Of a stretch of DNA of 64,000 nt, positions 28,770 through 37,777 are shown piece after piece. The notes below the pieces were generated by a model. That model searched no databases. It was not told where the DNA came from and was given only the letters and a program-made list of their open reading frames with translations. A program made the position numbers and the translations under genes. Every line of letters starts with the position of its first letter. Position 1 is the stretch's first letter. Source of the DNA: an uncultured bacterium (lineage in GTDB: Bacteria; Krumholzibacteriota; Krumholzibacteriia; Krumholzibacteriales; Krumholzibacteriaceae). The DNA lies in assembly GCA_963786935.1 (NCBI GenBank), contig CAWBAN010000005.1, forward strand, positions 1 to 64,000, in the 5' to 3' direction.

Positions 28770-30056
28770 ATGAAGACCATCGCTCTACTCCTCTTCGGCG
28801 CGCTCGTGATAGGACTCGAGCCGCACGCCGACGGGATGGCCTCGGCGCCGGAGGCGGGCTCGATTCCCGCGGCCGCGAGATTCGATTCGGCCGCCTCTGC
28901 GCCCGGCTCGTCCGTTTCGCCGGACTCGGCGGCCGCGGCGGTTCCGCAGCGGGACGTCTTCGACCTGCTCCGCGAATACATCCTCCACAGAGAGTTCGAG
29001 CCGGAGGTCAGCGGAACCATCCCCATCGGCCTTTCGTGGGCCATTCTCCCGACGCTGAGCTACAATCCGGTCTACGGCCTCGCCGTCGGCGCAATGATCT
29101 CGGGGGCCGGCTGGCGCGGAGCCGAGTCGACGAGATTCTCGCAGCTCTCGATTTCCGGAAACATCTCGACGACGGGCCAGATCCAGGCGCAGGCGCGGGG
29201 CGACATCTTCAGCCACGGCGGCAACTACCTGCTGAAGCTGGATGTGCGCTACCTCGACACCAAGCGCTCGACGTGGGGGCTCGGACCGATCTCGTCAAAC
29301 CAGATAGAGTACCCGATGGATTTCCGTCTCGCGCGCCTCTACGGGACGATATATCGCCGAGCCAACGGACCGGTGTTCATCGGGATCGGCTACCACTACG
29401 ACGAGTTCTACGATATCGTGGACGCTCCGGTGGAGGAGGGCGAGACGACGCCGTTTCTGAGCTACCACGGCGCGGCGTTGTCGCGCACGGTCGCCACGGG
29501 TCTTTCGCTCAACGTGCTCGGCGATACGCGCGACAATCTGGCGAATCCGTCTTCCGGCTACTACCTGAGCTCGAACTTCCGCGACTACATGCGCAGCCTC
29601 GGCTCGGACGAAAACTGGCAGGAGATGTGGATCGAGATGCGGGTCTATCCGCACCTGCCGAGCGGCAGCCGCAACGTGCTCGCCTTCTGGCTCTACGGCT
29701 GGATGACGTTCGGCAAGGCGCCCTATCTGAATCTCCCCAGCAACGGATGGGACATGTACGGGCGCGCGTCGCGCGGATATCTTCAGGGCCGCATCCGCGG
29801 AGCCAATCAGGTCTACCTTGAGAGCGAGTATCGGTGGGCGCTCACCCGCGACGGGCTCTGGGGCGCCGTGGCGTTCCTGAACGGAGCGTGCACGACGGAC
29901 CCGAACACAGGGATCTTCGGGAGACCGGACTGGGCGGCCGGCACCGGGCTCCGAATCAAGTTCAACAAGACCTCCAATACGAATCTCGCCATCGACTACG
30001 GCTGGGGAACCCACAACTCGAGCGGCTTCTTTCTGGGAATGTCCGAAGTGTTCTAG
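28770..30056 (+). CDS. Omp85-family beta-barrel lacking POTRA domains
   Basis: Signal peptide; P..SYNPVYG; DTRDNLANPSSG; RGYLQGR; GTGLRIKF; DYGWG; terminal SEVF. Confidence 0.8.
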   Translation: MKTIALLLFGALVIGLEPHADGMASAPEAGSIPAAARFDSAASAPGSSVSPDSAAAAVPQRDVFDLLREYILHREFEPEVSGTIPIGLSWAILPTLSYNPVYGLAVGAMISGAGWRGAESTRFSQLSISGNISTTGQIQAQARGDIFSHGGNYLLKLDVRYLDTKRSTWGLGPISSNQIEYPMDFRLARLYGTIYRRANGPVFIGIGYHYDEFYDIVDAPVEEGETTPFLSYHGAALSRTVATGLSLNVLGDTRDNLANPSSGYYLSSNFRDYMRSLGSDENWQEMWIEMRVYPHLPSGSRNVLAFWLYGWMTFGKAPYLNLPSNGWDMYGRASRGYLQGRIRGANQVYLESEYRWALTRDGLWGAVAFLNGACTTDPNTGIFGRPDWAAGTGLRIKFNKTSNTNLAIDYGWGTHNSSGFFLGMSEVF

Positions 30057-30187
30057 CGGCCGCCGGACCCCGTCCGGCCGTCCCCCGCGCGCCGCTCGCC
30101 CGTTCCCCCCGCGCCGCCCGCCCCCCCAAGCCTCCTTCGGCCGGAACCATCTTGACAACGGGGCGTATGATTATGGAAAGAGGAGGC

Positions 30188-31270
30188 ATGATTATGCGCT
30201 GCAGATCGATCGCGGCCTTGGCCGCGGCGCTTTTTCTCGTGTTCCCCGCGGGGCGGGCGCGCGGGCTCGAGCGAGCCGGGCGCGCCCAGGAAGTCATCGC
30301 GAAATATTTCGAGGCGATCGGAGGGCGCGCGCGCGTCGAGGCCGCGCACAACCTCGTGATCGGGGGCTACTACGGGAACGTCTTTCTCGAGCGGGGCGAC
30401 AGCATGACGCTCTATCTCGAGAAGCCGTCATCGCTCCGGAGGGAGTCGTACGGCAGGGTCGTCGTCTACGACGGGGCGACCGGCTGGTCGAACGTCTTCG
30501 GCGAGACCTCCGAGATCAAGGGGGAGCCGCTCGCGAGCCTTCGCTACTACGCCGGCTTCTACCACAATTTCTTCAGCCTCGCGAAATTCGGCGACTCCCT
30601 CGGCGCGGCCGTCTATCTCGGCGAGCGTCGGCTCGGGCCGCAGCGTGAGCACGTCATCTCGATCCCGTACGGCGGGATCGACTACGAGGTTCATATCCTC
30701 GCCGACAGCTACCTCGTCGACCGGATCGTCTATCCCGTCGGCGATTCGAAGCAGGGAACCCGGATGGTGAACTCGCTCAAGGATTACAAGATGTTTGAGG
30801 GCGTGCTGATGCCGACGTCGATCGTGTTCGAGGTCGTCGGGCGCGAGGCGGCGCCCATGAAGATCGAGATCGCCTCGGTCGAAGCGCCGGCGTCGCTCCC
30901 CGATTCGCTCTTCGCGAAGCCGGACATCCGCATCGAGCCGCCGACCTTCGCGGACGGCGTGCTGACCGGCTTCATCTATGACGACGCGGGCGGGAACATT
31001 CTCACGAACATCAGGAAGGCGCACATGGAGCAGCTCGGCGTCAAGCCGGGCGAGTTCATCACGTTCGAGGTCGAAGGCAAAGAGATGAGCATCCGCTACG
31101 TCGAGGACGTCCACACCGGATTCAAGGGAGGACAGCTCGGCGATTACATGGCGATCTATTATCAAACCCCGCTGCTCTCCTTTCTCCTCTTCGGGGAGGG
31201 CTCGCTCTCGGACGCCTTTACGTTCGAGAAGGGGCAGACCATACGGGTGTGGGCGACCGCGAAAAAGTAA
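30188..31270 (+). CDS. Secreted protein: LolA-like/lipoprotein-sorting N-domain plus C-terminal domain resembling the SAM hydroxide adenosyltransferase (DUF62) C-domain
   Basis: AGGAGG RBS; signal peptide; AQEVIAKYFEAIGG...DYKMFEGVLMP...LPDSLF.KP, then G.IYDD.GGNILTNI...GVKPGE...GQTIRV. Confidence 0.55.
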   Translation: MIMRCRSIAALAAALFLVFPAGRARGLERAGRAQEVIAKYFEAIGGRARVEAAHNLVIGGYYGNVFLERGDSMTLYLEKPSSLRRESYGRVVVYDGATGWSNVFGETSEIKGEPLASLRYYAGFYHNFFSLAKFGDSLGAAVYLGERRLGPQREHVISIPYGGIDYEVHILADSYLVDRIVYPVGDSKQGTRMVNSLKDYKMFEGVLMPTSIVFEVVGREAAPMKIEIASVEAPASLPDSLFAKPDIRIEPPTFADGVLTGFIYDDAGGNILTNIRKAHMEQLGVKPGEFITFEVEGKEMSIRYVEDVHTGFKGGQLGDYMAIYYQTPLLSFLLFGEGSLSDAFTFEKGQTIRVWATAKK

Positions 31271-31281
31271 GGAGGCGCTCC

Positions 31282-32190
31282 GTGTCCAGCTCCAAGGATC
31301 GAAACGAAGCGATCAATCCCGGGAACGACCGGAAGCTCACGAGGAGAGATTTCCTGAAAGCCGCTCCGCCCGCACTGGCGGGTCTCATGGTATTCGGAGC
31401 CGCGAGCGCCGGGCTCGGCGGCCTCGCGCGCGCCGCGGAGGAGAAGCCGCCGAAGATCCTCGACTACCGCCCTCTCGGGAAAACCGGCTTCAAGCTCTCC
31501 GACATCAGCATGGGCGCCGGTGTGGACGACGCCGTCATCAAGTACGCGTACGACCGCGGGATCAACTACTTCGACACGGCCGACTCGTACTACAACGGGA
31601 AGGGGGAGGAGGCGTTCGGGCGCGCGCTCAAGAGCGTGCGGGACAAGGTCGTCATCTCCACCAAGCACATGGTCGAGCCGGGCTGGAAGAAGGATCTCCT
31701 CATGGAGAAGGTCAACGCGAGCCTCAAGCGGTTCGGCATGGATTACGTCGATCTCCTGTTCATGCAAGGGGTGGGCGATCCCGCGCTCTTCAAGAACGAG
31801 GAGATTCTGTCCGCGTACCGCAAGCTCAAGGAGCAAGGAAAGTATCGCTTCCTGTGCTTCTCCACGCACGACACCGACACCGTCGTGCCCGCCGCGATCG
31901 AGAGCGGCCTCTTCAGCGCCGCGATGCTCATGTACGTCCCGAGCCTGTTCCAGAAGATGGACGAGATGCACGCGCGGCTGCACGAGGCGGGGATCGGCAT
32001 CGTCGCCATGAAAGCGCTCAAGGGCGGCGAGGCCATGAACGTGCTCGAAAAGGCGAAGCCCGGGCTGACCTTCGCGCAGGCGTCGATCGAGTGGGCGCTG
32101 CGGGACAAGAAGATCGCCACGGTGCTAATCAGCATGCGCACCTTCGAGCACATCGACGAATACCTGAAGGTGTCGGGGAGCGGGCGCTAG
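31282..32190 (+). CDS. Aldo/keto reductase with twin-arginine (Tat) signal
   Basis: GTG start after AAGGAGG; LTRRDFLK; YRPLGKTG..LS.ISMG, GINYFDTADSY, ISTK, SLKRFG.DYVD, GIVAMK. Confidence 0.85.
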   Translation: MSSSKDRNEAINPGNDRKLTRRDFLKAAPPALAGLMVFGAASAGLGGLARAAEEKPPKILDYRPLGKTGFKLSDISMGAGVDDAVIKYAYDRGINYFDTADSYYNGKGEEAFGRALKSVRDKVVISTKHMVEPGWKKDLLMEKVNASLKRFGMDYVDLLFMQGVGDPALFKNEEILSAYRKLKEQGKYRFLCFSTHDTDTVVPAAIESGLFSAAMLMYVPSLFQKMDEMHARLHEAGIGIVAMKALKGGEAMNVLEKAKPGLTFAQASIEWALRDKKIATVLISMRTFEHIDEYLKVSGSGR

Positions 32191-32222
32191 CGAACGAAAC
32201 GCGCCGGGGCGAATTCACGCTC

Positions 32223-33599
32223 TCAATCGAGCCTGCCGGCGACCTGACGCCTGAAGTTCGCGTGCGCCCGACGCCCCATCTTGATGTTGTTCCGGTACGA
32301 GACGTTCCCGATGAAGCTCAGGAGCGGTTTCCGGCGCCGCCACACGCTGCTCCACACCCTCCGCAGGATGTTGGGCACGGAATAGAAGGCGCCGTTGCAG
32401 GAGTGCATCTCCCGCAGGATGTCGTCGGGAGAAAGATGCTTGTAGCGCGCGACCGGGAAGGTCAGCGTGTAGTATTTCCAGTCCTCGGGGAAATTGTCGA
32501 GCGGGATGCGGCCTTCCGATTTCATCTTGTCCCAGAGGCGCGTGCCGGGGAGCGGCGTGAGAAACAGCGCGTTGAGGTTGTCGATGCCGTACCGGTCGGC
32601 CACCTCGGCGATACGTCTGCCGATCCCTGCCTCGTCGACGTCCAGGCCGATGATGAACGAGCCGACGACGACGATGTTATGCCGCTGAATGCGCTGCACG
32701 GCGGCGTGAAAATCGCGGTCCTTCATCATGTTGAATTTCTTGCCGAGGTCGAGGAGCTTCTCGGGATCGAGCGATTCGAATCCGATGAAGACGCCGTTGC
32801 ACCCGGCCTTCGCGGCCAGCTCCATGAGCTCTTCGTCGTCGGCGAAGTTGATCGTCGCCTGCGCGATCCATTCCTTCTTCAGGTTCGCCTCGATCATCGC
32901 GCGGAAGAGCGCCTTGGCGCGGGCGATGTGCTCGGGTCGCGTTCCGATGAGGTTGTCGTCCACCACGAGGACGTGCTTCTCGCGAATCATCCGGAATTCA
33001 CGAATCACGTCCTCGATGGGCCGCTGCCGGTAGTAGGCTCCGTTGAACGCCGTCACGCTGCAGAAGCTGCAGTTCAACGGGCAACCGCGCGTGGTCTGGA
33101 TCGCTCCGAGGGCATACCGCCCGTCGAGTAGATCGTGGCGCGCAACCGGGATATTCTCCAGCTCCGCCCGTCCGCCCTCGTACCGGAGCTGCAAGCGGCC
33201 CTGCCGCGCGTCTTCGAGGACGCGCGGCCATACGCTTTCGGCTTCGCCCGTGACGACGGAATCCACGTATTCCCGCGCCTCGTTTTCGCACATCGTCGCG
33301 TGGATCCCGCCGAGCACAACCGGCACACCGAGGCGCCGGAACATCCCGGCAACCTCGTAGGCGCGATTCGCCTGCGACGTGAAGGAGGTTATGCCCACGA
33401 GATCCGGCCGGGGCATGGCCCCATAGTCCGGCACGCCGAGGTTCTCGTCGACGATCGAGATTTCCCATTCGGGCGGCGTCAATCCCGCGAGAACCATGAG
33501 GCTGAGGGGCTTCCACACGCGATAGCGGTTCCAGCGGCTTTCCTTGACCCTGGCGAGGTTGATGAGGGGATTCGATGGATTGATCAGATACAGTCGCAT
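32223..33599 (-). CDS. Cobalamin-binding radical SAM protein
   Basis: N-terminal B12-binding domain (DLVGITS, VVLGGIHAT, GEAE); TTRGCPLNCSFC; DDN; IGFES; TPLPGT. Confidence 0.9.
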   Translation of the reverse strand: MRLYLINPSNPLINLARVKESRWNRYRVWKPLSLMVLAGLTPPEWEISIVDENLGVPDYGAMPRPDLVGITSFTSQANRAYEVAGMFRRLGVPVVLGGIHATMCENEAREYVDSVVTGEAESVWPRVLEDARQGRLQLRYEGGRAELENIPVARHDLLDGRYALGAIQTTRGCPLNCSFCSVTAFNGAYYRQRPIEDVIREFRMIREKHVLVVDDNLIGTRPEHIARAKALFRAMIEANLKKEWIAQATINFADDEELMELAAKAGCNGVFIGFESLDPEKLLDLGKKFNMMKDRDFHAAVQRIQRHNIVVVGSFIIGLDVDEAGIGRRIAEVADRYGIDNLNALFLTPLPGTRLWDKMKSEGRIPLDNFPEDWKYYTLTFPVARYKHLSPDDILREMHSCNGAFYSVPNILRRVWSSVWRRRKPLLSFIGNVSYRNNIKMGRRAHANFRRQVAGRLD

Positions 33600-33739
33600 A
33601 GCCGGCATTACATCACTGCGGAACAGCGCTTATCCTTTCCCCCTGTGCTTATTATTCGAAGGAAGCCCACGAGCGGCTTCCTTCGATTTCACGATCGGCG
33701 CGCGGGCCTGCCACCCGGCGCCGATTGCTTCGATAATCC

Positions 33740-34042
33740 CTAGTAGCTGCGCCTGAAGCCGCCTCTGCTGCCGCCGCCGCCGCCGCCGCGCGGGCCGTCG
33801 GTGCGAGGGCGAGCTTCGTTGACGTTGAGCGTGCGGCCCATGAAATCCTTGCCGTTCAGGCCCTCGATCGCCTTCTTGGCTTCGGCGTCGTTGGACATTT
33901 CCACGAATCCGAATCCCTTCGGCCGGCCCGTGTCCCTGTCCATGATGATCGTCACGGAGTCGACCGTGCCGTGAGCCTCGAACGCTTTCCGCAGTTCGGC
34001 TTCGCTCGAATCGAAGGACATGTTGCCCACATAAATCTTCAT
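33740..34042 (-). CDS. RNA-binding protein (RRM) with Gly-rich tail
   Basis: RNP2 IYVGNM, RNP1 KGFGFVEM, VNEARPR. Confidence 0.95.
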   Translation of the reverse strand: MKIYVGNMSFDSSEAELRKAFEAHGTVDSVTIIMDRDTGRPKGFGFVEMSNDAEAKKAIEGLNGKDFMGRTLNVNEARPRTDGPRGGGGGGSRGGFRRSY

Positions 34043-34260
34043 CGTGACCTCCTATCGGTCTCGCGTGAAAAAAGGAACGCCGTCGCAGATATTCTTGGAA
34101 AGGAATTTCGCAAGCCCCGAATAGAGAGGATCAACAAGGCAGGTTCTGATTCTCATCCGCATCTGGATTCCCTACATTCGATTCCAAATCTCCGACAGGG
34201 CTCAATATAGAGCAATTCGGAATAAAAGCAAGCAAAAATAATGTCGATAAATCGCTCGAC

Positions 34261-36129
34261 TCAATGATCCAGGAACCGGCTGGTCTCGGTCATCACCGTC
34301 TTCAGGAGGTTCGGTGTCGGCGGCGCCGCCTGCGTCCGCAGGTCGTTCAGTTTGTATCTCCGCGAATAGGGGAGCATGATCTCATAGACGTCGTCCCCGA
34401 ACACGAACGCATGGGAGACGTAGCTGCCGATCACGAGCGGCCGCGGCGCGTTCGACTCGTCGAACAGGTTCTTTCCGTTGCTGTATTCGCTCGCGTCGCT
34501 CGCGCATCCGAAGTAGTCCTCGAGCAACGTCGGCGCCAGGTCGATGTGCGACGTCCGTCTCTCGATGCGGATCGGCGGGCGGCCGGGGGCATGGATGACG
34601 AACGGCACGTGCACCTGATTCTCCGTGAAGTTGCTCCCGTGCCCCCAGAAGTTGGATCCCTGCTCGTTGAACGATTCGGCGTGATCCGTGGTGATGACGA
34701 CGATCGTCCGGCCCGTCTCGCCGATCGTCTCCAGCGTGTCGAGAACGGCGCCCGCGATCGAGTCGACATAGTGGAGCGAGTTGCGGTAGTCGTTGAGGAA
34801 CGGCGCGGGATCGGTGCTTTTCTTCAGGGCCAGCCCCACGTTCTTCGCGCGGCCGAAAATCGCGCGATCGCCCGGATATTCGTACGGCGCGTGGGACGAT
34901 TTGAAAAACGCGAGCGCCATGAACGGGCGCCCGTCCCGGGCGCTCCCCGCCATGAATCCCATGAGCTGACGGGCCATATCCTCGTCCTGCTCCGGAATGG
35001 TCCTTCCCGAAAAGGTCTCGTGGATCTCGATGCCGTTGAACATCGTGGCCGCGATCTTGTGCCGGTCGAAATTCGACTTCGCGAAGATGCCGAACTCGTA
35101 TCCGCGGCTCTTCAACACGTCGATGAGCACCGGGTTGTCGATCGATGCGCTGTTGGCTTTGACGGCCGGCCAATACGTCGGATGAAGCCCGTAGAACAGG
35201 CCGAAGAGCCCGCAGGTCGTCTGATTGCCGGAGCTCAGGTGGTTCGCGCAGACCGCGGAGCGGCGGCCGAACGCGTACAGCCGGGGGGTCGTCGTCTCGT
35301 CGAAGGCGTCGGCGCGCCAGCTCTCGATCAGGAGGAAGAGGATGTTGGGCGGCCGTTCGCCGCGCGGCGCATCGAACCGGAGGTCGGTCAGCGGGTACCG
35401 CATCGATGCTCCCGAGCCGTCACCGTCGTCCTGCCCGGAGCGAGGGTCTCCGAGGGGGAGCAAATCTCCGTATTTCTGCGCATGGCGATGCGAGACGATG
35501 GGGAGGTAGGCCGGGAGGCGAGGCGTGAGGCTCGTAATCCGCCGGTCGTTTCGCTCGTAGGTCACGACGTGCAGCGTCTGGCTGACGGCGAAGGCCAGCA
35601 CCGCGATCACGAGGAACGTCCGCACGAAGCCCTTACGTTTCGCGAATCGCGACGCCAGCGAGAAGATGCCGGTTTCCACCACGGCGACGCCGAGCAGCAT
35701 CGCGCAGACCGCGATCAGCGTCGCGCGCGGCACGCCGAGGCTGTCGAAATCCCTGAAGGCGAACTCCATCCAGAAGGGATCGATGTGGAACTTGAAAATG
35801 CCGTACACGTAGCTGTCCAGGAACAGAAAAAAGACGAAGAGCACGACGGCGAGCCCGCTGGCGGCGACGGCGAGCCGCCGCACCGGAACGAGAATGAAGA
35901 AGATCGCGGTGACGATCGCCAGGAGCGGCAGCCCGTAGTAGCCGAACGCGAGGTTCGAGACATAGAACCACGAGAGCCACGTCAGATCCTCCGTGCCCGC
36001 GTCGCGCATGAGAATCAGGAGGATCAGCGGCACGTTCAGCACGAGAAACGCCACGATGAGACGGTACGCCGCCGCCCTGTCGAGAAGAATCTCGCGTATG
36101 GCGTTCCGCCTTCTGGCCAATACTTCCAT
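34261..36129 (-). CDS. YejM/PbgA-like membrane-anchored sulfatase-fold protein (DUF3413 + sulfatase domain)
   Basis: Five N-terminal TMs (DSYVY..FKFHI); PNILFLLIESWR.D; H.SSGNQT..GLFGLFYGL..TYW; TTDH; WGH.SNF. Confidence 0.8.
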   Translation of the reverse strand: MEVLARRRNAIREILLDRAAAYRLIVAFLVLNVPLILLILMRDAGTEDLTWLSWFYVSNLAFGYYGLPLLAIVTAIFFILVPVRRLAVAASGLAVVLFVFFLFLDSYVYGIFKFHIDPFWMEFAFRDFDSLGVPRATLIAVCAMLLGVAVVETGIFSLASRFAKRKGFVRTFLVIAVLAFAVSQTLHVVTYERNDRRITSLTPRLPAYLPIVSHRHAQKYGDLLPLGDPRSGQDDGDGSGASMRYPLTDLRFDAPRGERPPNILFLLIESWRADAFDETTTPRLYAFGRRSAVCANHLSSGNQTTCGLFGLFYGLHPTYWPAVKANSASIDNPVLIDVLKSRGYEFGIFAKSNFDRHKIAATMFNGIEIHETFSGRTIPEQDEDMARQLMGFMAGSARDGRPFMALAFFKSSHAPYEYPGDRAIFGRAKNVGLALKKSTDPAPFLNDYRNSLHYVDSIAGAVLDTLETIGETGRTIVVITTDHAESFNEQGSNFWGHGSNFTENQVHVPFVIHAPGRPPIRIERRTSHIDLAPTLLEDYFGCASDASEYSNGKNLFDESNAPRPLVIGSYVSHAFVFGDDVYEIMLPYSRRYKLNDLRTQAAPPTPNLLKTVMTETSRFLDH

Positions 36130-36144
36130 TCGTGTCCGCCTGCG

Positions 36145-37707
36145 TCACGCGAGCCCGAGGAGCGGGAGGAGCAGCCGCAGCCCCACCCAGATGATGAGCC
36201 CCCCGCCGATATCGAAGAGCACGCCGGCGCGGATCATCTTCGTGATCGGGATCATTCCGGAGCCGTAGACGATGGCGTTCGGGGGCGTCGAGACGGGGAG
36301 CATGAAGCCCCACGACGCGCCGAGCGTCGCTCCGATGGCGGGAGGCACGGGATTGAGCCCCGCGGCCTGCGCGAGCGAGATGATGACGGGAACCACCATG
36401 GTCGCCGATGCCGTGTTGGACGTCGTCTCGCTGAAGAGGATGCTGATGAAGACGGCCGCGAACGTGACTCCCCACATGGAACTTGCGCCGCTCAACCTCA
36501 GAAGCGTCTGTCCGAGGGAGCTCGCGAGCCCCGTCTGAAACATGAGCTCCCCGAGGGTGATTCCGCCGCCGAAGAGGAGCAGCGTCCCCCAATCGATCTG
36601 CACAGCCTGCTTCCACGTCAGCGTGAATTCCCGCTTCTTCCAATCGACGGGCAGGATGAAGAGAAGCCCCGCCGCGATGAGCGCCGCGACTGCCTCCGGG
36701 ACGCGGGTCCCGTAGCCTTTGAAGAGCGGCGCGTCGGTGCCGAGGAGCGCGAGGAAGCCGGGGACGATCCACAGCGATACCGCGACGAGAAACGCGATGA
36801 GGACGTTCCGCTGCCCCCGCGTCCAGCCCCCGAGCTTCGCTAGCTCTTCTTTCACGAACTCGCGGCAGCCTTCGACGCACCGGATCTCCGGCTTGTGCAG
36901 GGCGCGCATCAGGATGAAGAGAAAAAGGTACATGACGATCAGCATGGGCACGGAGAAAAGCATCCACTGGAAGAAGGGGATCTTCACGCCGGCCAGCTTC
37001 TCGATCATGGCGAGGCCGATAAGGTTGGGCGGCGTGCCCACGGGCGTACCGATCCCGCCGGCGGAGGCCGCATAGGCGGCCATGAGCATCATTCCCGTTC
37101 CGAAGCGCAGGCGGTGCGGATCGACCTCCTGCCCCGTCTGCCGCGCGATCACGTCGGACATCGTATAGACGATACCGAGCCCGATGGGGAACATCATCGC
37201 CGTGGTCGCGGTGTTGCTGATCCACATCGAGGCGAAGGCGGCGACGGCGCCGAACATGAACATGGTGCGTCCGGCCGAGCTTCCGACCCATCGAATGGAC
37301 ATGAGCCCGTACGCGAAGCGCTTGTCGAGCCGGTGAACGGCCATTCCTTCGGCGAGAATGAAGCTGCCGAGGAAGAGGTAGATCGTCGGATCGGCGAAGG
37401 GGGCGAAGACCGCTTTCGCGGGAGCCACGCCGAAGAGCACGCACAGCACGGCGCCGATCATCGCCGTGACGGGGATCGGAATCGGCTCCGTGACCCACCA
37501 GATGACGACCCAGGCGATGATCGCCGCGAGGCGGTGCGCCTGCGTGCTGAGGCCCGGCATCGCGACGATGAGCAGCGCTATCGCCGCAAGGGGGCCGAGA
37601 AAAAGGCCGATCGTGTTCCGCCGGCGCTCGAAGCGCTCCTCGGCGGGCGTGAGCCGCGCCTTGACCTCCGATAAGCTCCGGTAGCTGTTGCGTTCGAAGT
37701 GCGGCAT
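36145..37707 (-). CDS. SLC13/DASS family anion (sulfate/dicarboxylate) permease
   Basis: SMWISNTATT, GTPVGTPPN, IDWGTLLLFGGG, SNTAS, FMLPVSTPPNAIVYGSG. Confidence 0.93.
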   Translation of the reverse strand: MPHFERNSYRSLSEVKARLTPAEERFERRRNTIGLFLGPLAAIALLIVAMPGLSTQAHRLAAIIAWVVIWWVTEPIPIPVTAMIGAVLCVLFGVAPAKAVFAPFADPTIYLFLGSFILAEGMAVHRLDKRFAYGLMSIRWVGSSAGRTMFMFGAVAAFASMWISNTATTAMMFPIGLGIVYTMSDVIARQTGQEVDPHRLRFGTGMMLMAAYAASAGGIGTPVGTPPNLIGLAMIEKLAGVKIPFFQWMLFSVPMLIVMYLFLFILMRALHKPEIRCVEGCREFVKEELAKLGGWTRGQRNVLIAFLVAVSLWIVPGFLALLGTDAPLFKGYGTRVPEAVAALIAAGLLFILPVDWKKREFTLTWKQAVQIDWGTLLLFGGGITLGELMFQTGLASSLGQTLLRLSGASSMWGVTFAAVFISILFSETTSNTASATMVVPVIISLAQAAGLNPVPPAIGATLGASWGFMLPVSTPPNAIVYGSGMIPITKMIRAGVLFDIGGGLIIWVGLRLLLPLLGLA

Positions 37708-37777
37708 GTGTCCGCGTCCCCTTTCGAATGGGGAGACTATACTTCGTAATAGGAATCGGTGCAACGTTGATAGCGGA

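Noticed and set aside
4230..30060. Sulfatase region as a mobile genomic island
   Set aside because: No integrase, transposase, flanking repeats or tRNA at its edges; composition looks similar to the flanks
30060..30130. C-run-rich intergenic stretch (possible G-quadruplex on the minus strand)
   Set aside because: Expected at this GC content; no independent support
30152..30171. TTGACA followed by TATGAT (similar case at 53839-53857)
   Set aside because: Spacers of 7-8 bp are incompatible with a sigma70 -35/-10 pair
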